DNA of 64,000 nt from an uncultured Thiopseudomonas sp. (GCA_964394445.1 CAYMXO010000006.1:4211-68210), one strand, 5' to 3'. Positions 1-12,917 are shown, counted from the first letter of the stretch. Numbers and translations: made by a program. Notes: generated from the sequence alone by a model not told the origin.

Positions 1-856
1 CAATCACTTCGTCGCGGTAACCGTTGGCTTCTTCCAGGATACGCTGGGCCAGACCACGGGCTTCCGGTACCACGCCGTTAGCGTAGGTTTCAGCATTGTT
101 CTTTTCCCGCTGTTCGTCTTCGCGGGCACGGATCACGTCGTCAAAGGCTTCCTGCACTTCGCGCGGTGCCTGGGCGTTCTGCACGTTGACCTGGGTCACG
201 GCAATACCGGTGCGGTAAAGGTCAAGGAAGCGCTGCAGGCGCTCGTGTACATCAACCGCCAGCAATTCACGCCCCTCGGTCAGTACCTGGTCCATCACGG
301 TGGAGCCCACCACGTGGCGCAGGGCACTTTCGGTTGCATGTTGCAGACTGATTTCCGGCCCCTCGACGTTAAGTACAAAATCCTGCAGGTTACTGATCTT
401 GTACTGTACGGTCAGCGGAACCTCGATGATGTTTTCATCTTCGGTCAGCATGGGCCCCTGACGGCTATAGGCACGCTCACGGGTCACGTTGTGCTGGAAC
501 TTGCTTTCAATCGGCGGAAAATAGATGTTCAGGCCCGGCCCCACCGTCTGGTGGTACTTGCCAAAACGCAGGATGACCGCCTGCTCCTGCTCATCCACCA
601 CATAGATGGCGTTATACAGCCAGAAACCACCCAGCAGCACCAAGGCCAGCAGGACGACTCCAAAGCCGCCACCCGAACCCTTGCCGGACGACTTTTTCTT
701 GCCGCCAAAAATCCCGTTCAGATTGTCTTGCAGTTTGCGCAAGGCTTCATCCAGGTCAGGAGGTCCCTGCCGGCCACCGCCACCACCGCCCTTGTTGTTG
801 CGGTTACCCCAGGGATCCTGGTCGTTCGAGTTGCCACCCGGCTCATTCCAGGCCAT
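1..856 (-). CDS. hflK: HflK, FtsH protease modulator (N-terminal part; C-terminus lies beyond the window start)
   Basis: Absent from the ORF track because it runs off the window. My reverse-strand translation from ATG at 854-856 gives MAWNEPGGNSNDQDPWGNRNNKGGG..., then a Gly-rich tract, a TM segment and an SPFH/band-7 body. It sits downstream of hfq-hflX as in other gammaproteobacteria. Confidence 0.85.
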   Translation of the reverse strand, partial: MAWNEPGGNSNDQDPWGNRNNKGGGGGGRQGPPDLDEALRKLQDNLNGIFGGKKKSSGKGSGGGFGVVLLALVLLGGFWLYNAIYVVDEQEQAVILRFGKYHQTVGPGLNIYFPPIESKFQHNVTRERAYSRQGPMLTEDENIIEVPLTVQYKISNLQDFVLNVEGPEISLQHATESALRHVVGSTVMDQVLTEGRELLAVDVHERLQRFLDLYRTGIAVTQVNVQNAQAPREVQEAFDDVIRAREDEQREKNNAETYANGVVPEARGLAQRILEEANGYRDEVI

Positions 857-954
857 AGCGTTCTCCATCAAATTTGTTTGACAGCCACACAAGGCTGCCC
901 GTATGGACACAAAATGCGCACATTGTAATGCAGTCGGCGGCCAACGTCATGGGC

Positions 955-2262
955 TCAATCCGCTTTCAGGACAAAGCGCTGCGCAAATTCATCAAATTTC
1001 AGCTCTTCAGCGCTAAGCAACCGGTTCAGTGTAACCCGCGGCAGACGTACATCGAGCAGTGCATCACCCTGCTCCGTGTGTTCTTCTGCCAGAACCGCAT
1101 CCGCGGCAAACAGCAGCGCCCGCAAGCGCGCCATCTGTGGCGGCAAGCTGAGCCGGCCCTGAAACAACTCATGCCCAAGACAGTCGCTGATCGCTTGCAA
1201 CAGCAGGTCAAGACCGTCGTTTTGTTGCGCCGACAGCCAGACCCGCACCGGGACACCCTCGCCGTCACGCTGTATGTGCGGTTCAACGGCATCCAGCAGG
1301 TCGATCTTGTTGTAAACCTCAAGCACCTGGACATCACCAGCGCCAATTTCTGCCAACACTGCCTGGACCTGCTCCACCTGTTCATCACGCTGCTCAGCGG
1401 CAGCATCTATCACATGCAATAGCAGATCGGCGCTTGCCGACTCTTCCAGGGTCGCCCGGAAGGCCTCAACCAGCTTGTGCGGCAAATAGCGGATAAAGCC
1501 AACCGTATCAACCAGCGTGACCGGACCGACATTTTCCAGCTCAAGCCGACGCACCGTCGGGTCCAGTGTGGCGAACAGCTGGTCAGCCGCATAGACGCTG
1601 GCTTCGGTCAGCATGTTGAACAAGGTGGACTTGCCGGCGTTGGTGTAACCAACCAGCGAAACCGCCGGAATTTCCGCCCGGCGCCGGCCGCGACGGGCCA
1701 GCTCGCGCTGGTTGCGGACTTTCTCCAGCCGGCTGCGGATCTGGCGCATGCGCACCCGCAACAGGCGACGGTCGCTTTCCAGCTGGGTCTCGCCCGGCCC
1801 GCGCAGACCAATACCACCCTGCTGGCGGCTCAGGTCTGTCCGGCTGCGCACCAGGCGGGTACTGATGTGCTCCAGCTGGGCCAGCTCGACCTGCAGCTTG
1901 CCCTCGTGGGTATGGGCGCGCTGGGCAAAGATATCGAGGATCAGCCCGACCCGGTCGAGCACCCGGCAGCCAAGTGCGCGCTCAAGGTTGCGCTCCTGGC
2001 TGGGGGTTAGGTTCTGATTGAAAATGACCAGCTCAACGGCCTGGTCTTCTATCTGTCGGGCCAGCTCGTCAACCTTGCCAGCACCAATAAGAAATCGTGC
2101 GGTCGGCTGATGCAGCATCACCCTGACCAGTTCGACCACTTCCGCACCGGCGGACAAAGCCAGCTCCATGAACTCGGCAGGGTCAGTATGCTCGTCAGTG
2201 CGCACACCATCCAGATGTACCAGTAATGTGCGCTCTGCCTGTTGCTCTTGTGCAGGGCTCAA
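955..2262 (-). CDS. hflX: GTPase HflX
   Basis: 435-aa ORF with G-motifs (GYTNAGKST, DTVGF, NKID) and an HflX N-domain. It follows hfq. The start codon at 2262 is TTG. Confidence 0.93.
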   Translation of the reverse strand: MSPAQEQQAERTLLVHLDGVRTDEHTDPAEFMELALSAGAEVVELVRVMLHQPTARFLIGAGKVDELARQIEDQAVELVIFNQNLTPSQERNLERALGCRVLDRVGLILDIFAQRAHTHEGKLQVELAQLEHISTRLVRSRTDLSRQQGGIGLRGPGETQLESDRRLLRVRMRQIRSRLEKVRNQRELARRGRRRAEIPAVSLVGYTNAGKSTLFNMLTEASVYAADQLFATLDPTVRRLELENVGPVTLVDTVGFIRYLPHKLVEAFRATLEESASADLLLHVIDAAAEQRDEQVEQVQAVLAEIGAGDVQVLEVYNKIDLLDAVEPHIQRDGEGVPVRVWLSAQQNDGLDLLLQAISDCLGHELFQGRLSLPPQMARLRALLFAADAVLAEEHTEQGDALLDVRLPRVTLNRLLSAEELKFDEFAQRFVLKAD

Positions 2263-2274
2263 GATATGAACCCT

Positions 2275-2526
2275 TTATTCATCAACCGGATTGTCCTGCT
2301 CTTCGTCCGGTCCGGGCAGGCGCACCGGGCGGCTTGGCACCACGGTAGACACTGCGTGCTTGTAAACCATTTGGCTGACGGTATTCTTCAGCAGAATGAC
2401 AAACTGGTCGAATGACTCGATCTGTCCTTGCAGCTTGATGCCGTTGACCAGGTAGATGGAGACGGGGATGCGCTCCTTGCGCAGCAGGTTGAGGTAAGGG
2501 TCTTGTAAGCTGTGCCCTTTTGACAT
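2275..2526 (-). CDS. hfq: RNA chaperone Hfq
   Basis: [64 protein letters not shown] is a near-canonical Hfq Sm fold. I chose ATG at 2526 (GGAG 9 nt upstream) over the 2-codon-longer track start. Confidence 0.97.
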   Translation of the reverse strand: MSKGHSLQDPYLNLLRKERIPVSIYLVNGIKLQGQIESFDQFVILLKNTVSQMVYKHAVSTVVPSRPVRLPGPDEEQDNPVDE

Positions 2527-2611
2527 GATCATGTACTCCAGGTAAGGAAAAATAGTGCGGCAGTGTCAATTCACATGCTGCAAAGGTGGACTCCGGTTAA
2601 ATGGCGTCCGG

Positions 2612-3556
2612 TTATAGTTTTTTCAAGACCTGCGCAAGCGGGTCGGGATCAAGGCTGTCAATCCACTCCAGCTCTTGCCAGCTGCGCAGCCAGGTGAATT
2701 GCCGTTTGGCCAGCTGCCGGGTAGCGGCAATCCCCTTGTCACGCATTGTCTGATAGCTATCGAGTCCGTGCAGATAGTCCCAGACTTGCCGATAGCCTAC
2801 CGCGCGCATTGACGGCAAACCTGCATGCAGATCGCCACGACGCACCAGCTGTTCGACCTCTTCGACAAAGCCTTGTTCCAGCATCTGCTCAAAACGCATG
2901 GCGATGCGTTGGTGCAACAGCTCCCGCGACTGCGGCGCAATGGCAAATGCATGCACAGTATAGGGCAAATTGGTGCTTTGTGCTTTCTGCTGTTGCTGAC
3001 GCTGGCGGTGCCAGCTCATGCTTTTTCCACTAACCAGCCAAACCTCGAGCGCACGCAGAATTCTCTGGCTGTCGTTAACGTGAATGCGCTGTGCCGACTC
3101 AGGATCTACCCGCTGCAACTCCTCGTGCAGACGCTGCAGGCCTTCCGCCTGCAGGCGCAGCTCCAGCTGCTGGCGCACCCCGGTATCAGCCGCCGGCATT
3201 TCGGCCAGCCCTTCCAGCAAAGCCCGGTAATACAGCATGGTGCCACCAACCAGCACCGGCAATTCGCCACGCTCCACTGCCGCGGCCATCAGCCGCAAGG
3301 CATCCTGGCGAAACTGCGCAGCCGAATAGCTTTCCAGCGGATCCAGAATATCGACCAGTGCGTGCGGATAGCGCGCCAAAACTTCCGCTTCCGGCTTGGC
3401 CGTTCCGATATCCATGCCCCGGTAGATCAGCGCGGAATCCACGCTGATCAGGCTACAAGGACGTTCTTCGGCCAGCGCCAGCGCCAGGTCGGTCTTGCCT
3501 GCCGCTGTCGGCCCCATCAGGAATACCGCCTGTGCCCGAGCGGCAGTCTGATTCAT
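2612..3556 (-). CDS. miaA: tRNA dimethylallyltransferase MiaA
   Basis: 314 aa with P-loop GPTAAGKT, the [18 protein letters not shown] motif, and the miaA-hfq-hflX order. Confidence 0.95.
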   Translation of the reverse strand: MNQTAARAQAVFLMGPTAAGKTDLALALAEERPCSLISVDSALIYRGMDIGTAKPEAEVLARYPHALVDILDPLESYSAAQFRQDALRLMAAAVERGELPVLVGGTMLYYRALLEGLAEMPAADTGVRQQLELRLQAEGLQRLHEELQRVDPESAQRIHVNDSQRILRALEVWLVSGKSMSWHRQRQQQQKAQSTNLPYTVHAFAIAPQSRELLHQRIAMRFEQMLEQGFVEEVEQLVRRGDLHAGLPSMRAVGYRQVWDYLHGLDSYQTMRDKGIAATRQLAKRQFTWLRSWQELEWIDSLDPDPLAQVLKKL

Positions 3557-3588
3557 CGCGGCATGCTCCTGCAGTACAAAACGGCTGA

Positions 3589-4176
3589 CTAACGCGCCAG
3601 AAACTGGCTGATGCCGGGATCATCGAATACCCGTTGCAGTGCATCGCTCATGATGGTGCTGACCAGCTGATCATTGGTCCTGTCAGTGGGCGGTTTGACA
3701 AATTTTTTCTTCAGCTTGGCGGTGTAGCTGCCTTCATAGTTGCGACCATCCTTGCGCAGCCGGACCAGGTAAGTTGCTGTCAGCTGCACCTCACTCATCA
3801 CCGTGCGGCCTTCGCCTACCGCGTAGGTCAGTCCGGTAACCTGAAGATCAAACACAGCCGGCGCCTGCCCCTGCGGCACAATATTGAAGCCTCGCATGCG
3901 CAAACCGGCCTCGGTTTCCGCCTGCAGGCGCGGCAGGAATGAGCGGCCTTCAACGCTCAGGTCATTACTGCCCTCATACAGCCCGCCGCGGCTGCCCAGC
4001 ACCGGGCTGCTACGCCCGTCACTGACATGAACACTGACGGTCTGGCCCTGGGCGACCGGAGTCAGCTGTCCGCTCAGTCGTGGTTCGGGGCTGGCCAGTT
4101 GCGGGCTCAGCCCGCATGCGGCCAGGCTGCCCAGCATGGCGACGACGGCCAGTATTCTTGTAATTGCATAGTGCAT
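3589..4176 (-). CDS. YajG-like outer-membrane lipoprotein
   Basis: 195 aa with a lipobox (LGSLAAC|G). Length and conservation pattern resemble E. coli YajG. This is a family-level call only. Confidence 0.55.
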   Translation of the reverse strand: MHYAITRILAVVAMLGSLAACGLSPQLASPEPRLSGQLTPVAQGQTVSVHVSDGRSSPVLGSRGGLYEGSNDLSVEGRSFLPRLQAETEAGLRMRGFNIVPQGQAPAVFDLQVTGLTYAVGEGRTVMSEVQLTATYLVRLRKDGRNYEGSYTAKLKKKFVKPPTDRTNDQLVSTIMSDALQRVFDDPGISQFLAR

Positions 4177-4210
4177 CCGGCTTTCTCCGTATCTGTCTTG
4201 AAATGATCAA

Positions 4211-4690
4211 TCAGTCGCGAAAATTAGTGAATTGCAGCGGCATACCCAGCGACTGGCCACGCAACAGGGCCATGACTTCCTGCAGGTCGTCTCGTTTTTT
4301 GCCGGTGACACGAACCTGCTCACCCTGAATTGACGCCTGCACCTTGAGTTTGCTGTCCTTGATCAGGCCAACGATTTTCTTTGCCAGTTCCTTGTCGATG
4401 CCTTCGCGCAAGACGAGCTCCTGCTTCATTTCCTTGCCGGAGGCGTAAGGTTCTTTCTGCTCAATACACTGAATGTCCAGCTTGCGTTTGACCATCGCCA
4501 GATGAATGATCTCAATCAGCTGCGCAAGCATGAAGTCTGCCTCCGCAGTCAGGTGGATAACCTTGTCCTTCAGCTCCAGACCGGCTTTGCCGCGCAGGTC
4601 ATAGCGCCGCTCCAGCTCCTTGGCCGCGTTATCCACGGCATTGGTTACTTCGTGCTTGTCGAGCTCTGACACCACATCAAAAGAAGGCAT
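4211..4690 (-). CDS. yajQ: YajQ family (UPF0234) nucleotide / cyclic-di-GMP-binding protein
   Basis: [34 protein letters not shown]... is the typical YajQ N-terminus. I chose the start at MPSFD, 4 codons inside the track ORF. Confidence 0.9.
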   Translation of the reverse strand: MPSFDVVSELDKHEVTNAVDNAAKELERRYDLRGKAGLELKDKVIHLTAEADFMLAQLIEIIHLAMVKRKLDIQCIEQKEPYASGKEMKQELVLREGIDKELAKKIVGLIKDSKLKVQASIQGEQVRVTGKKRDDLQEVMALLRGQSLGMPLQFTNFRD

Positions 4691-4898
4691 TGCAGTCTCC
4701 ATTATCTAAACTGTTAAACAAGTCCGCCCATGGCACAGGCATCATGCTATCATTGACGGGAATACCCGGTTTCGCTTACGAATGTCCCAAGTATAACAAG
4801 TGTATATCCAGGCTGTCGTACACCGATCTTGTTTGCTTGCACAAGTGTAACTTCTGCCCGCCGAACCGGGCTCCGATTTTTTACAGGTGCTCCCACCC

Positions 4899-5864
4899 AT
4901 GCCCAGCTCCAGCCTCAGTATTCTGGTTGTTGACGACACGAAGTTTTCCAGTGTCATGATCGGGCGAGCCCTCAACCAGGTTGGCTACAACGACATCCGC
5001 TATGCCAGCAGGGGCAGCGAAGCACTGGAGCTGCTACAGCAGCGTCCGGTGCAGCTGCTGCTGGCTGACTGGCTAATGCCGGAAATGGATGGCCTGGCCC
5101 TGACTTCACTGGTTCGCGAGCAGGACCGGGAACGGGGTAATTATACCTACATCGTGTTGCTGACCGGGCGCGAAGGCGGCAACGCGCTGGCCCAGGCCTT
5201 CGAGCAAGGCGTTGATGACTTCATCAGCAAGAGCGACATGAACGAGCAGTTGATTCCTCGGGTCCGCGCGGCCGAACGGCTGTATCGCCACCTGCAGCAA
5301 CTGCAGTTCCGTAACGCCTCCCTGCTGCAGAATCTGCACAAACTACAGGCCGGCAACATCCAGGATCCACTGACCCGGCTCGGCAACCAGCGCAGCCTCG
5401 ACCGCATGCTGGAAAAAAGCCTGAAACAACTGGAGTCCCGTGGCGGCACCCTTGGCCTGTTGTTATTCAACATCGACAACATGGCCAAGCTGCGCAACAG
5501 CTACGGCATAGAAATACAAAAAGAGCTGCTGCGCACTGTTGGCCAGCGACTTGAACAGCTGGTACGCCCGCTTGACCACCTGGCCCGGCTGGACGGCAGC
5601 GAGTTTGCCCTGATTACCCTGGCCGAGCAAAGCCTCAACTACAACGCCGGCACCTACAAGCGCCTGCATGACGCGCTGAACCTGAAACCCTGCAAGACCA
5701 GCGTGGGTTTTCTGCACCTGGAAACCGCCATCAGCATGGTTACCCTGGATGCAAAGGCGCTCCCTACAACAGCTGCGCAGCTGCTTGAGCAGGCCCGTAA
5801 CAACCTGCCAGCGGCCCGCGCCAGCCAGCGCATTACCCACCAGCACCTCGACCAGCCCGCATGA
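4899..5864 (+). CDS. Response regulator: REC domain fused to a degenerate GGDEF domain (DGSEF; RxxD I-site retained)
   Basis: REC: ILVVDD...LLLADWLMPEMDG. GGDEF-like: DPLTRLGNQRSL...RPLDHLARLDGSEF. The stop overlaps the panE ATG (ATGA at 5861-5864). The start may be ATG 4899 or GTG 4887. Confidence 0.85.
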   Translation: MPSSSLSILVVDDTKFSSVMIGRALNQVGYNDIRYASRGSEALELLQQRPVQLLLADWLMPEMDGLALTSLVREQDRERGNYTYIVLLTGREGGNALAQAFEQGVDDFISKSDMNEQLIPRVRAAERLYRHLQQLQFRNASLLQNLHKLQAGNIQDPLTRLGNQRSLDRMLEKSLKQLESRGGTLGLLLFNIDNMAKLRNSYGIEIQKELLRTVGQRLEQLVRPLDHLARLDGSEFALITLAEQSLNYNAGTYKRLHDALNLKPCKTSVGFLHLETAISMVTLDAKALPTTAAQLLEQARNNLPAARASQRITHQHLDQPA

Positions 5865-6778
5865 GCTGGCACATCCTGGGAGCCGGCAGCATGGGTTGCC
5901 TGTGGGCTGCCCGCCTACAGCTGGCCGGCGAAGACGTGCGGCTGATCTTGCGACCCAGGCGGCTGGCAGAGTTTCGCTCCGCCGGCAACCGGATGCTTTT
6001 TACTGACCTGCACCAGCAGGAGCATCAACTGACAGTTCCCGCCGAAACGGCAGACACCACTCAACCGGTACAACAACTGATACTGGCCTGCAAGGCTTAC
6101 TCGGCAGCTGCTGCTGTTGCCGGGATCCGTCACCGGCTGGCGGCTGGCAGCCAGATCATCCTGCTGCAAAACGGCATCGGCAGCCAGCAGGAAGTCAGCA
6201 ACATCCTGCCACAAGCAAATATCCTGCTGGCCAGTTCTACCGAGGGTGCCTGGCTGGCAGACAGCTTTCGCTGCACCCATGCAGGACAGGGGCAAACCCT
6301 GCTTGGCAACCTGACGGGCACCGGCCCGGCTCCGTCCTGGCTTGCGCGGCTGAACAATGCCGGCATTCCCTGTCAGTGGCACACGGATATCAACACGGTG
6401 CTGTGGCGCAAACTGGCCATCAACTGCATGATCAACCCCCTGACCGTCATCCATGGCTGTCGAAATGGCGAGCTGAGGCAGCATCTTCCACACATCCGGC
6501 AACTGGCTGACGAACTCCAGCGGCTGCTACAGGCAGCCGGCCACCCCTCAGTTGCTCAGAACCTGTTTGCGGTGGCGAACCAGGTCATTACCGATACGGC
6601 CAACAACACCTCGTCCATGCTGCAAGACGTGCAACAGGGCCGTCGCACCGAAATCAGCTACATCACCGGCTTTGCGGTACAGCAATGCGCTGCCCTCGGT
6701 GTGCCGCATCCGCAATTGCTGTCACTGCACCGGACGTTGCAAGAGCGCCTGGTCAAACTGGGCCTGCCCCCTGACTGA
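5861..6778 (+). CDS. panE: 2-dehydropantoate 2-reductase (PanE/ApbA family)
   Basis: N-terminal Rossmann motif ILGAGSMG, C-terminal NTSSMLQDVQQGRRTEISYITG motif, 305 aa. Confidence 0.85.
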   Translation: MSWHILGAGSMGCLWAARLQLAGEDVRLILRPRRLAEFRSAGNRMLFTDLHQQEHQLTVPAETADTTQPVQQLILACKAYSAAAAVAGIRHRLAAGSQIILLQNGIGSQQEVSNILPQANILLASSTEGAWLADSFRCTHAGQGQTLLGNLTGTGPAPSWLARLNNAGIPCQWHTDINTVLWRKLAINCMINPLTVIHGCRNGELRQHLPHIRQLADELQRLLQAAGHPSVAQNLFAVANQVITDTANNTSSMLQDVQQGRRTEISYITGFAVQQCAALGVPHPQLLSLHRTLQERLVKLGLPPD

Positions 6779-6902
6779 TACGGCCCTGTACGTTTGCAGT
6801 TCACGGCAAAACAACCCACACTGGCCGCCGGATTATTTGCCATGCCTTGTGCGGCCCGCCATGCCGACACATATTTTCCTTTTCGCATGCAGTGGAGACC
6901 CC

Positions 6903-7484
6903 ATGGGACACAGAATCAGCAAGGTATATACCAAGACCGGCGATGACGGCCTCAGCGGTCTGGCCGACGGCACACGGCTGCCGAAAAGCCACCCGCGGTT
7001 TGAAGCGATGGGCGCGCTGGACCAGCTCAACAGCCAGCTGGGGCTGTTGTTGGCCCAGCTGCAGCAGGAAGGCGGTAACCGGCCGGAACTGCAGGACGTC
7101 ATCACTGCGCTGGCTCCCTGGCAGCACATCCTGTTTGACCTGGGCGGCGAACTGGCCATGCCGCAATACCAGGTGGTGCAGCCGGCACACACCGAACAGC
7201 TGGAACAACAGATTGACCGCTGGACGGCACAGTTGCCGCCATTGAAAGATTTCATCCTGCCCGGGGGCTCGGTGCTGATTGCCCAGGCGCACCTGTGTCG
7301 CTGCGAAGCCCGCACCGCCGAACGCCGCTGCCAGCAGCTACACAAACTTGAACCACAACGAGCCGCGGTACTGGCGTTTGTCAACCGCTTGTCCGACCTG
7401 TTTTTTGTCGTGGCGCGCATCATTGCCCTGCATCAGGGGTGTGGCGAGGTGCTTTGGCAGGCCCAGCCGGCACCGCAACACTAA
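6903..7484 (+). CDS. PduO-type ATP:cob(I)alamin adenosyltransferase
   Basis: MGHRISKVYTKTGDDGLSGLADGTRLPKSHPRFEAMGALDQLNSQLG is the typical PduO/MMAB N-terminus. I chose the internal ATG at 6903 (GGAG upstream) rather than the 117-codon-longer track ORF. Confidence 0.85.
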   Translation: MGHRISKVYTKTGDDGLSGLADGTRLPKSHPRFEAMGALDQLNSQLGLLLAQLQQEGGNRPELQDVITALAPWQHILFDLGGELAMPQYQVVQPAHTEQLEQQIDRWTAQLPPLKDFILPGGSVLIAQAHLCRCEARTAERRCQQLHKLEPQRAAVLAFVNRLSDLFFVVARIIALHQGCGEVLWQAQPAPQH

Positions 7485-8431
7485 TGGCAGCGCAGAAGTC
7501 GGTTCATGTGGCCGTGGCGGTGATCACCGCGGCCGATGGCAAAATCCTCCTCACCCGCCGTGCCCGTGATGTGCATCAGGGTGGATTGTGGGAGTTTCCT
7601 GGCGGCAAGTGCGAGCCGGGCGAGCCGGTTGTCCATGCACTGCAGCGCGAGCTGCGGGAAGAGCTGGACATCGAGGTGACTGCCAGCGAGCCGCTGATCC
7701 GCATCCCCTACCAGTATCCGGACCTGCATGTGCTGCTCGACGTGCACCTTGTCACGGCCTATCGCGGCGAGCCCCGCGGCGCCGAAGGCCAGCCCATGCA
7801 ATGGGTAACCGTACAGCAACTGGATCACATCCCCCTGCCGGCCGCCAACCGGCCCATTGTCCGGGCCGTGCAACTGCCCGGGCGCTATCTGGTCACGCCT
7901 GACCTTGCCGATACCGGCCTGCTGTACAGGGGTGTGCTGGCTGCTGCCAAACAGGGTGTCCGGCTGATTCAGCTGCGCGCACCGCTTCTGGCGCCTGATG
8001 CGTATCGGCAACTGGCAGGGCAGCTCCTGCAGGACCTGCCTGATTACGTCCAGCTGCTGCTCAAGGGTAGCTTCGATGAAATAATGGCTCACCCCCGTGC
8101 CGGCTGGCACCTGACCAGCACCCAGTTGGTGGCCATGGCCGGGCAGCCCCGCCCGCTGCCGCAAGAACGTCTGCTGGCCGCTTCCTGTCATGATGCCAGC
8201 GAACTGCAACTGGCCGCCGCACTGGGCTGCGACTTTGCCACGCTATCACCGGTACTGGCCACGGCCAGTCACCCCGGCAGCCCTGCACTGGGCTGGGAGC
8301 AGGCGCAAGCGCTGGTACGGAAGGCGCAGCTGCCGGTGTATTTTCTCGGCGGCATGTCACCGGAAGAGATCAGCCAGGCGCGCCGCTGCGGAGGCCAGGG
8401 TATCGCTGCCATCCGCGGCCTGTGGCCATAG
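7484..8431 (+). CDS. Nudix (MutT-like) hydrolase fused to a ThiE/TenI-like domain
   Basis: Nudix box GGLWEFPGGKCEPGEPVVHALQRELREELDI, plus a C-terminal TMP-synthase-like barrel (RLIQLRAP...FATLSPV...VYFLGGM). The start ATG overlaps the preceding stop (TAATG at 7482-7486). Confidence 0.85.
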   Translation: MAAQKSVHVAVAVITAADGKILLTRRARDVHQGGLWEFPGGKCEPGEPVVHALQRELREELDIEVTASEPLIRIPYQYPDLHVLLDVHLVTAYRGEPRGAEGQPMQWVTVQQLDHIPLPAANRPIVRAVQLPGRYLVTPDLADTGLLYRGVLAAAKQGVRLIQLRAPLLAPDAYRQLAGQLLQDLPDYVQLLLKGSFDEIMAHPRAGWHLTSTQLVAMAGQPRPLPQERLLAASCHDASELQLAAALGCDFATLSPVLATASHPGSPALGWEQAQALVRKAQLPVYFLGGMSPEEISQARRCGGQGIAAIRGLWP

Positions 8432-8439
8432 TTGCCATC

Positions 8440-8623
8440 CTGTACGAAGGAACTTGCCCCCGTGAAGCCAGGGGCACGCCTGTTCGCGACTGAAGTCGCT
8501 CCTAACAGCAGCCCGCGCACATGCCCGGTCACGCCACCCTGTACGAAGGGGCTTGCCCCCTGAGAAGTACCGGATACTGCTGTCAGATGCCCTGTAGCGG
8601 AGAGCTGTGCTCTCCATCGCGAC
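8440..8623. repeat. REP cluster 1 in the convergent mutT / argJ gap
   Basis: Type B copies CCTGTACGAAGG(A/G)(A/G)CTTGCCCCC at 8440-8466 and 8538-8564. A type A copy TTCGCGACTGAAGTCGCTCCTAAC at 8483-8505. A variant GTAGCGGAGAGCTGTGCTCTCCATCGCGAC at 8594-8623. The same cores recur near 59.7-59.9 kb and 61.8-62.0 kb. Confidence 0.8.
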
Positions 8624-8650
8624 CACAGCATGGCCTGGGACAACCGGCAA

Positions 8651-9865
8651 TCAGGTGCGGTACTCGGCGTTGATGCGTACGTACTCGTGCGACAGGTCGC
8701 TGGTCCAGATGGTTTCACTGCAATCGCCACGTCCCAGCTCGATGCGGATGAGGATTTCTTCCTGCTGCATCACCGCTGCGCCCTGCTCTTCCGTGTAACT
8801 TGCGGCACGGCCGCCATCGCGGACGATGCACACATCATCCAGAAATACATTGACCTTTTCCTGCTCAAGCCCCGGTACGCCGGCATAACCGACAGCGGCC
8901 ACGATGCGGCCCCAGTTTGGATCGGAGGCAAACAGCGCTGTCTTGATCAGTGGCGAATGCGCTACGGCATAGGCCACATCCAGACATTCCTGCGCATTGG
9001 CGCCCTGCTCCACCTGCACCGTGACAAACTTGGTGGCGCCCTCGCCGTCACGCACAATGGCCTGTGCCAGCTGCATCGCCACGGCACAAACGCTATCGCG
9101 CAACTTCTGGTACAGCTCACCCGACTGGCTATCAATCAGCTCACCGGTCTGACCGGTGGCAATCAGCATGAAGCTGTCGTTGGTAGAAGTATCGCCATCA
9201 ATGGTGATGCGGTTAAAAGACAGGTTGGCCGCTTCCCTGACCAGTGCCTGCAAGACCGGCGCACTGACTTTCGCATCCGTCGCCACATAACCCAGCATGG
9301 TGGCCATGTTGGGACGAATCATGCCCGCACCCTTGCTGATGCCGGTTACGGTGAAGGTTTCGCCCCCATGCTGAAACTGCTGGCTGGCCCCTTTGGGCAG
9401 GGTATCGGTGGTCATGATGCCTTCACCGGCCAGCGGCCAGTTGTCCTCGCGCAGGTCGGCAATTGCCGCAGGCAACGCCGCGGTGATTTTTTCCACCGGC
9501 AGCGGCTCGCCAATGACGCCGGTAGAAAACGGCAAAACCTGCTCCACCGGCACCTGCAGGCTGTCGGCCACGGCCTGACAGACCGCCTGTGCGGCAGCCA
9601 GCCCGGGCTCGCCGGTGGCCGCATTGGCATTGCCGGTATTGGTGACCAGATAGCGTACCGGCTGGCCCAGACGCTGCTTGCACAGCTGTACCGGTGCAGC
9701 GCAAAAGGCGTTTTGCGTGAACACCCCGGCCACCCGGCTGCCTTCGGCGCAGCGCATCAGCACCAGGTCACGGCGACCCGCTTTTTTGATACCGGCACTG
9801 GCAATACCCAGTGCAAAACCTTTAACCGGATGCATAACGGGCATCGCGCCCAGACCTACAGCCAT
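8651..9865 (-). CDS. argJ: Bifunctional ornithine acetyltransferase / N-acetylglutamate synthase ArgJ
   Basis: [43 protein letters not shown]..., autoprocessing site [10 protein letters not shown], 404 aa from the internal ATG at 9865. Confidence 0.93.
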   Translation of the reverse strand: MAVGLGAMPVMHPVKGFALGIASAGIKKAGRRDLVLMRCAEGSRVAGVFTQNAFCAAPVQLCKQRLGQPVRYLVTNTGNANAATGEPGLAAAQAVCQAVADSLQVPVEQVLPFSTGVIGEPLPVEKITAALPAAIADLREDNWPLAGEGIMTTDTLPKGASQQFQHGGETFTVTGISKGAGMIRPNMATMLGYVATDAKVSAPVLQALVREAANLSFNRITIDGDTSTNDSFMLIATGQTGELIDSQSGELYQKLRDSVCAVAMQLAQAIVRDGEGATKFVTVQVEQGANAQECLDVAYAVAHSPLIKTALFASDPNWGRIVAAVGYAGVPGLEQEKVNVFLDDVCIVRDGGRAASYTEEQGAAVMQQEEILIRIELGRGDCSETIWTSDLSHEYVRINAEYRT

Positions 9866-9944
9866 GCTGATCTCCCCGCAGTGTTGGATAAAGCAGCTAT
9901 CTTCATGGATTGGCCAGACGCTGGCAAGCACAACCTGCAGGCAC

Positions 9945-9972
9945 AAAAAAGGCGGGCCTGCGCCCGCCTTTT
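9945..9972 (-). terminator. Rho-independent terminator downstream of secA
   Basis: Hairpin GGCGGGC-CTGC-GCCCGCC (9951-9968) with A6 on one side and T4 on the other. On the minus strand the hairpin is followed by a T-run. Confidence 0.7.
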
Positions 9973-9985
9973 GCTGTGTTGCCGG

Positions 9986-12736
<2,751 letters not shown>

Positions 12737-12917
12737 GGGTGTAAGGATTCCAGTCAGTTGAAGGCATGCCGCCGGCAACTCTGACGGACAATGCTGAAAA
12801 TATAAAGCGCATATTCTACCTGTATTTATGCGCGATTGCAGCGGCATGAAAGGTTATACTGCGGACATGGAGCCTGCGGAGCGGACTTCAAGACGGACAA
12901 TACTTTAAGGATGAATC

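Noticed and set aside
245-928. 227-aa plus-strand ORF at the window start
   Set aside because: Antisense to hflK, whose translation (MAWNEPGG...) is unambiguous although missing from the ORF track.
6552-6902. 117-codon 5' extension of the adenosyltransferase ORF (similar long 5' extensions occur on tesB, upp, petA, murF, secA, argJ and rluE)
   Set aside because: The extensions overlap upstream genes or intergenic DNA and have Cys/Arg/Pro-rich nonsense composition. Homologues start at the internal Met, which has a Shine-Dalgarno.
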